DNA of 64,000 bases from Candidatus Limnocylindrales bacterium (GTDB lineage Bacteria; Chloroflexota; Limnocylindria; Limnocylindrales; CSP1-4), in contig DASSII010000029.1 of assembly GCA_035692005.1 (NCBI GenBank), positions 24,077 through 88,076 of the forward strand, in the 5' to 3' direction. The position numbers and the translations under genes are program-made. This document shows, piece by piece, positions 53,426 to 61,870 of this stretch. How positions within the stretch are numbered: position 1 is the stretch's first letter; each line of letters begins with the position of its first letter. The notes beneath the pieces are model-generated. The model was not told the DNA's origin. It was given only the letters and a program-made list of their open reading frames with translations, and ran no database searches.

Positions 53426-54292
53426 CTAGGGTAGCACAGGGAGTCTGGCCGCCCACTCGGCCGCGGCCGTCGCGACGTGCTCGGCCGGATCGCCCGGCGG
53501 GCTCCCGCCGGCAGGCGCCGCGATGGCCCGCGAGACGTTGACGAGCAGGCCCGCACCCGCTCGACCGGCAGCCGGCGGAGCGACCGCCGGACCGTGCGCC
53601 AGGACCGGCCCGAGGGCGCCGCCCTGGGTCCCGACCCCGGGCACGAGGAAGGCCAGCCCCGGCGCGACCGAGCGAATGGCGGCGATCTCGTCGGGCGCGG
53701 TGGCGCCGACGACGAGGCCGACCGTGCCGCCCGGGCCCCAGGTGGCGGCAAGGCGGGCGATCCGCTCGTGGAGTCGCTCGGCCGGAGCGCCGGACCCTGG
53801 GTCCGCGGGCAGCGCGAGGTCCTGGATCGTCCCGGCGCCCGGGTTCGACGTGCGGCACAGCACGTAGGCGAAGCGGTCACCGCGCTCGAGCAGCGGGGTG
53901 ATCGCGTCGGGGCCAAGGTACGGGTTGACCGTCACGGCATCGGCGCCGAGCGCATCGAACAGCGCGACCGCCTGCCGGGCGGCGGTCGAACCGATATCGC
54001 CGCGCTTGCCATCGGCGACCACCGGGACATCGCCGGGGATGCCCGCCCGGAGCCGTTCGAGCGCGGCCAGGCCGGCCGAGCCATAGGCCTCGAAGAAGGC
54101 CAGGTTGGGCTTGACCGCCGCGGCGAACGGCAGGGCCGACTCCAGCACGAGCGCAGCGAACCGCTCGATCCCCGCGATGTCGCGCGAGAACCCGTTCGGC
54201 AGGGCGTCCGGATCGGGATCGAGACCGAGGCACAGGACGGTGCCGGTCGCCGCGGACCGCGCGGCCAGCCGATCGAGGTACGTGCCGGTCAC
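53426..54292 (-). CDS. pyrF: Orotidine 5'-phosphate decarboxylase (long, type 2)
   Basis: 288 aa with LCLGLDPD, KPNLAFFE and VADGKRGDIGSTA. Confidence 0.9.
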   Translation of the reverse strand: MTGTYLDRLAARSAATGTVLCLGLDPDPDALPNGFSRDIAGIERFAALVLESALPFAAAVKPNLAFFEAYGSAGLAALERLRAGIPGDVPVVADGKRGDIGSTAARQAVALFDALGADAVTVNPYLGPDAITPLLERGDRFAYVLCRTSNPGAGTIQDLALPADPGSGAPAERLHERIARLAATWGPGGTVGLVVGATAPDEIAAIRSVAPGLAFLVPGVGTQGGALGPVLAHGPAVAPPAAGRAGAGLLVNVSRAIAAPAGGSPPGDPAEHVATAAAEWAARLPVLP

Positions 54293-54302
54293 CGGCCGCG
54301 GA

Positions 54303-55541
54303 TCACGGGGACGGGCTGGCCGCGGCCGGGGCCGCGGACGACGCCGCCGGTGCCGGCGTGGCGACGGCCGGGAGCAGCGCCGGCGGGATGTACCAGTCCG
54401 GCCGCGACGCGGCGTCGAGCCCCGACACCTCGGTCAGCGACAGGACCTGGGCGACCGTCCAGGTCGGAGCGCTGCCCTCGAGGCGGGCCAGATGCAGGTC
54501 GACCGTCTGGCCGACGATGTGCAGGAACGCGATGGCGTCGCCGGCCGGCGACCACGCCGGCGCCCACGAGGCATCGTCGTTGGTCACGCGCAACAGCTCC
54601 TGGCCGTTGTTGGCATCGAGGATCACGACGTCCGTGCCGCGTGTCGTCGTGCGGGTCGCGGCCACATATCGCCCATCGGGCGACATCGATGGCTGCATGT
54701 AGCCGGTCGGCGACAGCGGGCGGGCGCGCTTGTCCTTCACCGAGTAGCGCATGATGACCGGCGCCCCGCGCGACCCATCCCGCCCGTTCTGGGTGTACAG
54801 CAGGAGCCGCCCGTCGTAGCGCCACTCCGGATCCTGGTGGCCCAACACGCCGATCTCGTTCACACCGGCCCGGCGGAGCTTCTTGGTGGCCACGTCGAAG
54901 AACTGGAGGACGACGTTCGAGTCATCCGGATTCGGGGCGTCGGTCACGAGGGCGATGGTCTTCCCGTCGGGTGACAGCACCGGCTGCCGCATCCACGATG
55001 ACCACGACAGTCGGCCCTTGCGGAAGAAGCCGGTCGCCAGTCGCTCTGCCTTGGCGCTGCCGTCGGCCTTGACGATCATCAGGTCCGGCACGTCGACGTC
55101 GTAGCGGCCGTTGCGCCCGCGGACCGGCCACAGCGCGCTCTCGAGATGCGAGTGGATGTACACGATCGACTGTCCATCGGCCGACCAGGACGGCATCGAA
55201 TCGCCCCCGTCGTCGGTCAGCTGGGTCGCGCCCGCATCGGTCTGGACCCAGATGTTGCCGCCCTTCGAGTAGGCGATCGAGCCGAGGAATGTCGCCTCGT
55301 CGGGCACGACCACGACATTCGATGGGGCGGCCGTCCGCGTCGGCCCGTCGCCTCCGTTACCGTTGCCGTTGCCGCTGCCGCCGATCCCGAAGGGCAGGTC
55401 ACCGTTGAGCAGGTTGAAGGTGATGACCCCGATCAGGATCAACCCGACGATCGAGGCGATCGGTGCGATCAGCGTGCCGATCGGGCCGATGCCGTACGGG
55501 TCCGTTGCGCGACGCGGCCCGGGCCTGGCAGCCCGGGTCAT
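54303..55541 (-). CDS. Membrane-anchored TolB-like PD40 beta-propeller protein
   Basis: 412 aa from ATG 55541 (ATGA overlap with the recJ stop) with a transmembrane helix, a GSGNGNGNGG linker and repeated PD40 motifs (WSADGQSIVY, LSPDGKTIAL, MSPDGRYVAA, WSPAGDAIAF). Confidence 0.8.
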   Translation of the reverse strand: MTRAARPGPRRATDPYGIGPIGTLIAPIASIVGLILIGVITFNLLNGDLPFGIGGSGNGNGNGGDGPTRTAAPSNVVVVPDEATFLGSIAYSKGGNIWVQTDAGATQLTDDGGDSMPSWSADGQSIVYIHSHLESALWPVRGRNGRYDVDVPDLMIVKADGSAKAERLATGFFRKGRLSWSSWMRQPVLSPDGKTIALVTDAPNPDDSNVVLQFFDVATKKLRRAGVNEIGVLGHQDPEWRYDGRLLLYTQNGRDGSRGAPVIMRYSVKDKRARPLSPTGYMQPSMSPDGRYVAATRTTTRGTDVVILDANNGQELLRVTNDDASWAPAWSPAGDAIAFLHIVGQTVDLHLARLEGSAPTWTVAQVLSLTEVSGLDAASRPDWYIPPALLPAVATPAPAASSAAPAAASPSP

Positions 55542-57325
55542 GACACCGCCCCCACCAGCTCGACAGGGCTTCCGGCCAGGACGGCCGCGGCCTCGGGATG
55601 CGAACCGCTCGGGGCAGCATCGCGGATCTCGAGCTGGAGTGACTCGAACCCGCCGAACGTCCGGCTCGACAGCCGCGCGACCACGTCGATCCGGTCGCCC
55701 TCCTGGACCAGCTGGGCGATGTCCGCCCGTCCGAAGGCGATGCCGTCGAGCACGTCCCGGTCGCGGCGCAGGGTCAGGGACGTGTGCTCCTCGCCGGCGA
55801 CCCGGACCCGGATCACCTGCAGGCCGAGGACCGCGACGAGCGGTTGTGGATTGCCGGGGCCGTACGGCGCCAGACCGGCGAGGTCGCGGTACAGGCCGTA
55901 ATCGACATCGAGCGCCGGGAGCGCGAGGTCGATCCGCAGCAGCGCCCGGGGATCGGGCGGAGCCGCCGCACCGGCGAGGGCCTCGAACCGCTCGACGAAC
56001 TCCGGCCAGCGCGATGCCGGCAGCTCGAACCCGGCGGCACCGGCGTGGCCACCGTGGCGGGTGAACAGCTCGGCACACGACGCCAGGGCAGCGGCCAGAT
56101 CGACCGTGCCGTCGCTGCGGCACGAGGCACGGATGGTGTCGCCGAGATCGGCCCCGACGACGGCCGGTCGCGACCGATCCTCGGCCAGGCGAGCCGCGAC
56201 GAGCCCGACGATGCCGACCGGCCACGGGCCGTGCACGATCGACGCCGGGCCATCCCGCATGCCTGCGACGATCGCCCGGGCGTCCTCGACGACCGTGGCC
56301 ATGAGGTCCCGCCGCGCCGAGTTGGCGCTCTCGAGTGCGTCGGCCAGCGCACCGGCCGTGGCGGCATCCTCGGCCAGCAACAGGTGGGCGGCGGTGACCG
56401 CATCGCCCATCCGCCCGGCCGCGTTGAGACGCGGGGCGAGGGCGAAGGCGATCGTGTCGAGGTCGACGGCGCTCGGCGCCATCCGCGCGCGCTCGAGCAA
56501 CGCCGCCACCCCAGGACGCGGTGCGCCGCGCAGGATCTCGAGGCCGATGCGTGCGATGGCCCGATTCTCGCCGACGATCGGGGCCACGTCCGCGACCGTG
56601 CCGATCGTCGCAAGATCGGCCAAGGCCAGGGCCGCGGCCGGTCCTCCGGGCACGTCCGCCAGCAGCAGCTGAGCGACCTTGAAGGCCACGCCGCTGCCGG
56701 CCAGGCGGGCGTCCGGGTAGCGCGAGTCCGCCCGGTGGGGATTGACCACCGCCACGGCCGGCGGCAGCTCGGGCGGCACATGGTGGTGGTCGGTCACGAT
56801 GACGTCGATGCCGCGCGTTCCCGCCACGGCGATCTCGGGGCCCGAGCTCGTTCCCGTGTCGACGGTCACGATCAGGCTGATCCTGCCGCGCTCGGCGGCG
56901 TCGATCGCGGCCAGGGACAGGCCGTGTCCCTCATCGAGGCGACTGGGCACGTACGGCTCGGCGGTCAGGCCGAAGTGCCGCAGGGCGATCACGAGGATCG
57001 CGAGCCCGTCGAGGCCATCCGCGTCGAAGTCACCGAACACCATCACCCGCTCGCCGCGATCCCGGGCCTGGGCGAACCGCTCGAAGGCGACGCCAGCGTC
57101 GGGCAGCAGGCGGGGATCGTGGAGTCCGAGGTGCGGCTCCGCGAACCACGCGGCGAGGTCTGCCGCATCGAGCACGCCGCGTCGCGCGAGCAGGCCGGTC
57201 ATGCGTGGCGCCAGGCCGTGGACGGTCGCTGCGGCGGTGATGCCGGGATCGACCGCAACGGGGCCCGGGAAGCTCCAGCGGAAGCGCGGTTCGAGCACCT
57301 CGTCAGGATGCCATGAGGCGCTCAC
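55538..57325 (-). CDS. recJ: Single-stranded-DNA-specific exonuclease RecJ
   Basis: 595 aa with DHH motifs (VFGDFDADG, VTVDTG, IVTDHH) and a DHHA1 region. GTG start. Confidence 0.9.
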   Translation of the reverse strand: MSASWHPDEVLEPRFRWSFPGPVAVDPGITAAATVHGLAPRMTGLLARRGVLDAADLAAWFAEPHLGLHDPRLLPDAGVAFERFAQARDRGERVMVFGDFDADGLDGLAILVIALRHFGLTAEPYVPSRLDEGHGLSLAAIDAAERGRISLIVTVDTGTSSGPEIAVAGTRGIDVIVTDHHHVPPELPPAVAVVNPHRADSRYPDARLAGSGVAFKVAQLLLADVPGGPAAALALADLATIGTVADVAPIVGENRAIARIGLEILRGAPRPGVAALLERARMAPSAVDLDTIAFALAPRLNAAGRMGDAVTAAHLLLAEDAATAGALADALESANSARRDLMATVVEDARAIVAGMRDGPASIVHGPWPVGIVGLVAARLAEDRSRPAVVGADLGDTIRASCRSDGTVDLAAALASCAELFTRHGGHAGAAGFELPASRWPEFVERFEALAGAAAPPDPRALLRIDLALPALDVDYGLYRDLAGLAPYGPGNPQPLVAVLGLQVIRVRVAGEEHTSLTLRRDRDVLDGIAFGRADIAQLVQEGDRIDVVARLSSRTFGGFESLQLEIRDAAPSGSHPEAAAVLAGSPVELVGAVS

Positions 57326-57361
57326 CGGCGCCTCTACCGGGCATCGACCCGCGGACCGCGC

Positions 57362-58543
57362 TCAGGGCGCGGCGCGCCGGGTGCGCGGCGCGCGACTGCT
57401 GGCCACGCGACCGTGCTGGCGATCCTCGCGAGCCTGCCAATCGACCACCAGCGGGCTCGCGACGAAGATCGAGGAATACGTCCCGACGATGATGCCGATG
57501 ATCAGGGCGAGGATGAAGTCGCTGATGGCCGAGCCGCCGAACAGGAACAGGGCCAGCAGCGTGATCAGCACCGTCAGGCTGGTGGTGACCGATCGCCCGA
57601 ACGTCTGCAGGATCGAGTGGTTGACGATCTCCTCGAACGGTTCGCCGAGATGGCGCGCCTTGTTCTCGCGGATCCGGTCGAACACCACGATCGTGTCGTG
57701 GACCGAGAAACCGATGATGGTCAGCATCGCGGTCACGAACAACGCATCGATCTCGACGCGGAAGAACGTGCCGAGGATGGCGAACGCCCCCACCACGACG
57801 ATCACGTCATGGACGAGCGAGGCCAGCGCGCTCACGCCGAACTTGACGTCACGGAATCGGTAGGTGATCCAGGCGACGATGCCGAGTGAGCCCACCACGA
57901 TGAGGATGAGCGCCTGTCGAAGCAGATCCGAGCTGACCACCGCCCCGATCGTGGTCAGGCTGCGCTGCGCTTCGATCTGGCCCAGCCTCCCCTCGAGTGC
58001 CGTGACCATCTCGCCGAGCTTGCCGGTCGTCGGCAGCTCGGTGTTGCCGACCGGCGCGGCGGACGGCGAGGCCGACGGTGCCGGCGAGCCCGAAGCACCC
58101 GGCGCCGCCGCGGCCGATGCGGACGGCGACGGCGCGGCGGACGGCGACGGTGCGATCGACGGCGACGGGCCCGGCGATCCCGACGGTGCGGCCGATCCCG
58201 ACGGTGCGGCCGATCCGCTCGATCCCGGCGCTGCGCTCGGCGCGGGCGACTCGACCGGAGCGGGCGCCAGGCCGATCGGCTCGGTCTTGATCTCGATGAA
58301 GCCGGACTCGGTCCGGATGGCCGTCGCCCGCAGCCCATTGGCGGCGAAGACCTGTTCGACCTGGTCCGGGTTGACATTCGGATCGGCGAACTTGATCTCC
58401 CAGCGCGTCCCGCCGGTGTAGTCGATGGTCAGCTGCAGGCCCGCATCGCTGAACGGCGAGATGAGGATGAAGAACAGCCCCGGGATCGTCAGCAGCAGCG
58501 AGAACGCATAGAACCAGCGGCGTTTGCCGATGATGTCAAACAT
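57362..58543 (-). CDS. secF: Protein translocase subunit SecF with a Pro/Ala/Ser-rich insertion in the periplasmic domain
   Basis: 393 aa from ATG 58543 (8-nt overlap with the secD stop): FDIIGKRRWFYAFS..., a ~75-aa PAS-rich insert, then the conserved transmembrane bundle DVIVVVGAFAILG...GFSVHDTIVVFDRIREN. Confidence 0.9.
   Translation of the reverse strand: MFDIIGKRRWFYAFSLLLTIPGLFFILISPFSDAGLQLTIDYTGGTRWEIKFADPNVNPDQVEQVFAANGLRATAIRTESGFIEIKTEPIGLAPAPVESPAPSAAPGSSGSAAPSGSAAPSGSPGPSPSIAPSPSAAPSPSASAAAAPGASGSPAPSASPSAAPVGNTELPTTGKLGEMVTALEGRLGQIEAQRSLTTIGAVVSSDLLRQALILIVVGSLGIVAWITYRFRDVKFGVSALASLVHDVIVVVGAFAILGTFFRVEIDALFVTAMLTIIGFSVHDTIVVFDRIRENKARHLGEPFEEIVNHSILQTFGRSVTTSLTVLITLLALFLFGGSAISDFILALIIGIIVGTYSSIFVASPLVVDWQAREDRQHGRVASSRAPRTRRAAP
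58176..58216. repeat. 18-nt tandem repeat (gatcccgacggtgcggcc, 2.3 copies) encoding SGSAAP repeats inside secF
   Basis: Read directly: units at 58176-58193 and 58194-58211, plus a partial third. Confidence 0.8.
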
Positions 58544-59924
58544 CGGCACGCAACGGTCGGCGGGACGGTCGCTGCGAGGTGACCGCGACGAACTCGTCCT
58601 CGCGCAGCCCGAACAGGCGCGGGTGCCGCGCCCATTCCTGGCGGACGATGACGCGCATGATCGTGCGGGTGACCGTGATCGCACTGAACATCGACACGAG
58701 CACGCCGATGATCAACACGAGCGCGAAGCCGCGGATCGTCGACGATCCGAACGAGTACAGGATCGTGGCCGTGATGAGGCTCGACACGTTTGAGTCGAGG
58801 ATGGAGTTCCAGGCGCGGTTGAAGCCCGCCTCGACCGCCGCCGGCAGCGACTTGCCGATGCGCAGCTCCTCCTTCATCCGCTCGAAGATGAGGATGTTGG
58901 CATCGACCGCCATGCCGATCGACAGCACGAACCCGGCGATGCCCGCCAGCGTCAGGGTGACCGGCACGAGCCGGAAGATGGCGTAGACCACGAGCGTGTA
59001 GTAGATCAGGGCGAAGCCCGCCACGATGCCCGGCATCCGGTAGTAGAGCAGCATGAACAGGATGACCAGGGCGATGCCGATGCCACCGGCCAGCAGGCTC
59101 TGGTTGAGGAACTGCTCCCCGAGCGTGGCCGAGATCTGCTCGCTCGACAGCTCCTGGATGGGGAACGGCAGCGACCCGAACTTGAGGACCGTGACGATCT
59201 CGTTGGCCTCCTTGACCGGGAAGCCCCCGATCGAGCCGGCCGTGATCTGGACCTGGCCGTTGGGGATCGAGCTGTTGATGGACGGGGCGGTGATGACCGC
59301 CCCGTCGAGGGTGACCGCGAAGTACTTGCCGATGTTCTCGGCGGTGTGCTTGGCGAACAGCTGGGCGCCCGAGTTGGCGCCGTCGTTCTTGAGCACGAAG
59401 TCGACCGACAGGCCGCCGTTCGGGTCGCGCCCGACCGTGGCCGACTGGATCTGGTCACCGCCGAACAAGGGCGGGAACTGGGTCAGGTCGAGCACCTGGC
59501 CCTTGGTCGCGGTCGTCGTTCCGAGCGGCACGAATTCCAGCTGCCCGGTCTGGCCGACGAGCCGGCGCACCGAGTCGACGTCGGAGATGCCCGGCAGCTC
59601 GAGCACGACGCGGTCCGAGCCCTGGACGACGACGACCGGCTCGGACACACCGGTCGTATTCACGCGGCGCTCGATGATGTCCTTGATGACCCCCATCGCC
59701 TCGGACGTCGGTTCGACGCCGTCCTTGGGCTGGGCCTGGTATTCGACCCGCAGGCCACCCTCGAGATCGAGGCCGAGCTTGGTCTCGACCAGACGCCACG
59801 ATCCATCGGTCGCGGTCGTGTCCGGAAGTCGAAGGTTGGGGAAGAAGTCGATGACGAGGGCGAGGACGCCGATCAGGATGATGAGGATGGGGCCGGCTCT
59901 ACGCATACCGGCGGGATGGTACAC
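58536..59924 (-). CDS. secD: Protein translocase subunit SecD
   Basis: 462 aa with LGLDLEGG, a periplasmic P1 domain and the transmembrane bundle GIAGFVLSIGMAVDANILIFERMKEE. The start is GTG 59924 or ATG 59906. Confidence 0.9.
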   Translation of the reverse strand: MYHPAGMRRAGPILIILIGVLALVIDFFPNLRLPDTTATDGSWRLVETKLGLDLEGGLRVEYQAQPKDGVEPTSEAMGVIKDIIERRVNTTGVSEPVVVVQGSDRVVLELPGISDVDSVRRLVGQTGQLEFVPLGTTTATKGQVLDLTQFPPLFGGDQIQSATVGRDPNGGLSVDFVLKNDGANSGAQLFAKHTAENIGKYFAVTLDGAVITAPSINSSIPNGQVQITAGSIGGFPVKEANEIVTVLKFGSLPFPIQELSSEQISATLGEQFLNQSLLAGGIGIALVILFMLLYYRMPGIVAGFALIYYTLVVYAIFRLVPVTLTLAGIAGFVLSIGMAVDANILIFERMKEELRIGKSLPAAVEAGFNRAWNSILDSNVSSLITATILYSFGSSTIRGFALVLIIGVLVSMFSAITVTRTIMRVIVRQEWARHPRLFGLREDEFVAVTSQRPSRRPLRADV

Positions 59925-59929
59925 GGTGC

Positions 59930-59962
59930 GTGCCCGGGACGTGCCCGGGACGTGCCCGGGCG
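59930..59962. repeat. Tandem 11-mer GTGCCCGGGAC, three copies (last degenerate), in the uvrC-secD spacer
   Basis: Read directly: 59930-59940, 59941-51 and 59952-62. Each unit contains the CCCGGG palindrome, so adjacent units can form GCCCGGG/CCCGGGC hairpins. Confidence 0.75.
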
Positions 59963-59981
59963 GCGTCCGGAGCGGACCCGA

Positions 59982-61835
59982 TCAGGCCTCGAGGGTCGCC
60001 TTGATCCGTTCGGCCAGCGACCGACCGATGCCCGGCACCGCGGCGATCTGTTCGACCGGCGCCTCGCGCACCCGCTTGATCGAACCGAACACCTTGAGCA
60101 GCTCGCGCTTCCGTTTCGGACCGACGCCGGGCAGGTCGTCGAAGGCGGAGCGGACCGTCCGTCGATCGCGCAGCGTGCGGTGGTAGGTGATCGCGAAGCG
60201 GTGCGCTTCGTCGCGCAGCCGCTGGACGAGGTACAGCGCTGCCGACGTCGGCGGCAGGACCACCGGTCGGGGTTGACCGGGCAGGAACAGCTCCTCACGC
60301 TCCTTGGCGAGGCCGGCCAGCGGCAGGTCGTGCAGACCGAGCTCGTCGAGCACGGCCTTCGCCGCTGACACCTGCCCCTTGCCGCCGTCGACGATGACGA
60401 GGTCGGGCATCGCCCAGCGGCGCTCCTCCTCGCTGCCCTCCTCGCCGGCCTTGGTAGCCCGGAACCGCCGGCGCAGGACTTCCTGGTGGCTGGCGAAGTC
60501 GTTCGGCCCCTGGACGGTGCGGATCCGGAATCGGCGGTACTCGCCGGTGCGCGGCTTGCCGTCTTCGAAGACGACCATCGAGCCGACCGATTCGCTGCCC
60601 TGGAAGTTCGAGATGTCGTAGCACTCGATACGGAAGGGCGGTCCGGCCAGGTCCAGCGCGGCGGCCAGCTCTTCGAGCGCAGCCAGCGTCTTACCCTGAT
60701 CGGCCAGCCAGCGTGCCTGCTCGCGTGCCAGCGTGTCGGCCGCGTTACGGGCGGCCAGCCCCATCAGCGCGCGCTTCTCCCCACGGCGCGGGACGCGCAG
60801 CACGACCGGACCGCCCCGCTTGTCGGCCAGGAACTGTTCCAGGTCGGCCATCCCCTCCCCGACCCCCGCCGGGACGTACACCTCGCGCGGGATCGACGTG
60901 GCGCGGGCGTAGTACTGCTCGAGGAAGCTGGCCAGCACCTCGTCGTCGGACGCCTCCCGGGCGGCGTCGAGCAGGTACACGTCGCGCCCGATCATCTGCC
61001 CGTTGCGGAGCACGAACAGGGTGACCGCCGCCTGATTGTCCTGGCGGGCCATCCCGACCAGATCGAGTTCGGTCCGGGCGAAGGCCGCCATCTTCTGGCT
61101 CTCCATCGTCCGGTCGATCGCCCGGATCTTGTCGCGGTGCTGGGCGGCCCGCTCGTAGTCCTGGCGCTCGGCGGCCGCCGCCATCTCCTTCCGCAACGCC
61201 TTCACCAGGGTCTCCTGGCGACCCTCCAGGAACAGCTCGACCTGTTCGATATCGGCGCGGTACTCGGTCTTCGAGATCGCTTCGATGCACGGGCCCTGGC
61301 AGCGCTTGATGTGGTACAGCAGGCACGGTCGCTGGAGGGCACGCTCGCCGTCGCGGATGTCGATCGTGCAGGTCCGGAACGGGAACAGGCGGCGTACCAG
61401 GTTCATCGACTCGTCGACGCTCGACGCCGAGGCGTACGGCCCGAAGTAGCGGCTGCCGTCGTTGACCAGCTTGCGTGTGCGCTCGACGCGTGGGAAATCG
61501 TCGGCGAGGGTGACCTTGATGTACGGGTAGCTCTTGTCGTCCTTGAGCCGGACGTTGAAGCGCGGCTTGAACCGCTTGATGAGGTTCGCCTCGAGGAGGA
61601 GCGCCTCGCTGACGCTGTCGACCTCGGTGACCTCGACGTCGGCGACCCGGTCGATGACGCTGCGGATGCGATGGATCTCGCCGGCCGGGGCCTGCTTCTG
61701 CCAGTAGCTGCGGACCCGGTTGCGCAGGCTCTGGGCCTTGCCGACGTACAGGACGTCGCCCCGGGTGTCCTTCATGAGATACACGCCGGGGCGGTCGGGG
61801 AGTCGCTTGAGGGTCGCCTCGAGTTCCGGGGTCAC
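59982..61835 (-). CDS. uvrC: Excinuclease ABC subunit C
   Basis: 617 aa with the GIY-YIG motif (PGVYLMKD...VLYVGKA), a UVR domain, an endonuclease domain and C-terminal (HhH)2. GTG start. Confidence 0.95.
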   Translation of the reverse strand: MTPELEATLKRLPDRPGVYLMKDTRGDVLYVGKAQSLRNRVRSYWQKQAPAGEIHRIRSVIDRVADVEVTEVDSVSEALLLEANLIKRFKPRFNVRLKDDKSYPYIKVTLADDFPRVERTRKLVNDGSRYFGPYASASSVDESMNLVRRLFPFRTCTIDIRDGERALQRPCLLYHIKRCQGPCIEAISKTEYRADIEQVELFLEGRQETLVKALRKEMAAAAERQDYERAAQHRDKIRAIDRTMESQKMAAFARTELDLVGMARQDNQAAVTLFVLRNGQMIGRDVYLLDAAREASDDEVLASFLEQYYARATSIPREVYVPAGVGEGMADLEQFLADKRGGPVVLRVPRRGEKRALMGLAARNAADTLAREQARWLADQGKTLAALEELAAALDLAGPPFRIECYDISNFQGSESVGSMVVFEDGKPRTGEYRRFRIRTVQGPNDFASHQEVLRRRFRATKAGEEGSEEERRWAMPDLVIVDGGKGQVSAAKAVLDELGLHDLPLAGLAKEREELFLPGQPRPVVLPPTSAALYLVQRLRDEAHRFAITYHRTLRDRRTVRSAFDDLPGVGPKRKRELLKVFGSIKRVREAPVEQIAAVPGIGRSLAERIKATLEA

Positions 61836-61841
61836 CCCCCG

Positions 61842-61847
61842 ATGCTA
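61842..61847 (-). promoter_or_regulatory. Candidate -10 box TAGCAT, 6 nt upstream of the uvrC GTG (leaderless candidate)
   Basis: The minus strand reads cccTAGCAT cggggg GTG, with no Shine-Dalgarno sequence, in the 35-nt spacer after the HYR gene. Confidence 0.35.
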
Positions 61848-61870
61848 GGGCAAGTCGCGCAGGACCGCGC

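Noticed and set aside
59930-59962. Considered whether the tandem 11-mers or the secF 18-mers could be a CRISPR fragment.
   Set aside because: The units are directly abutting with no spacers and far too short. No cas genes are in the window.
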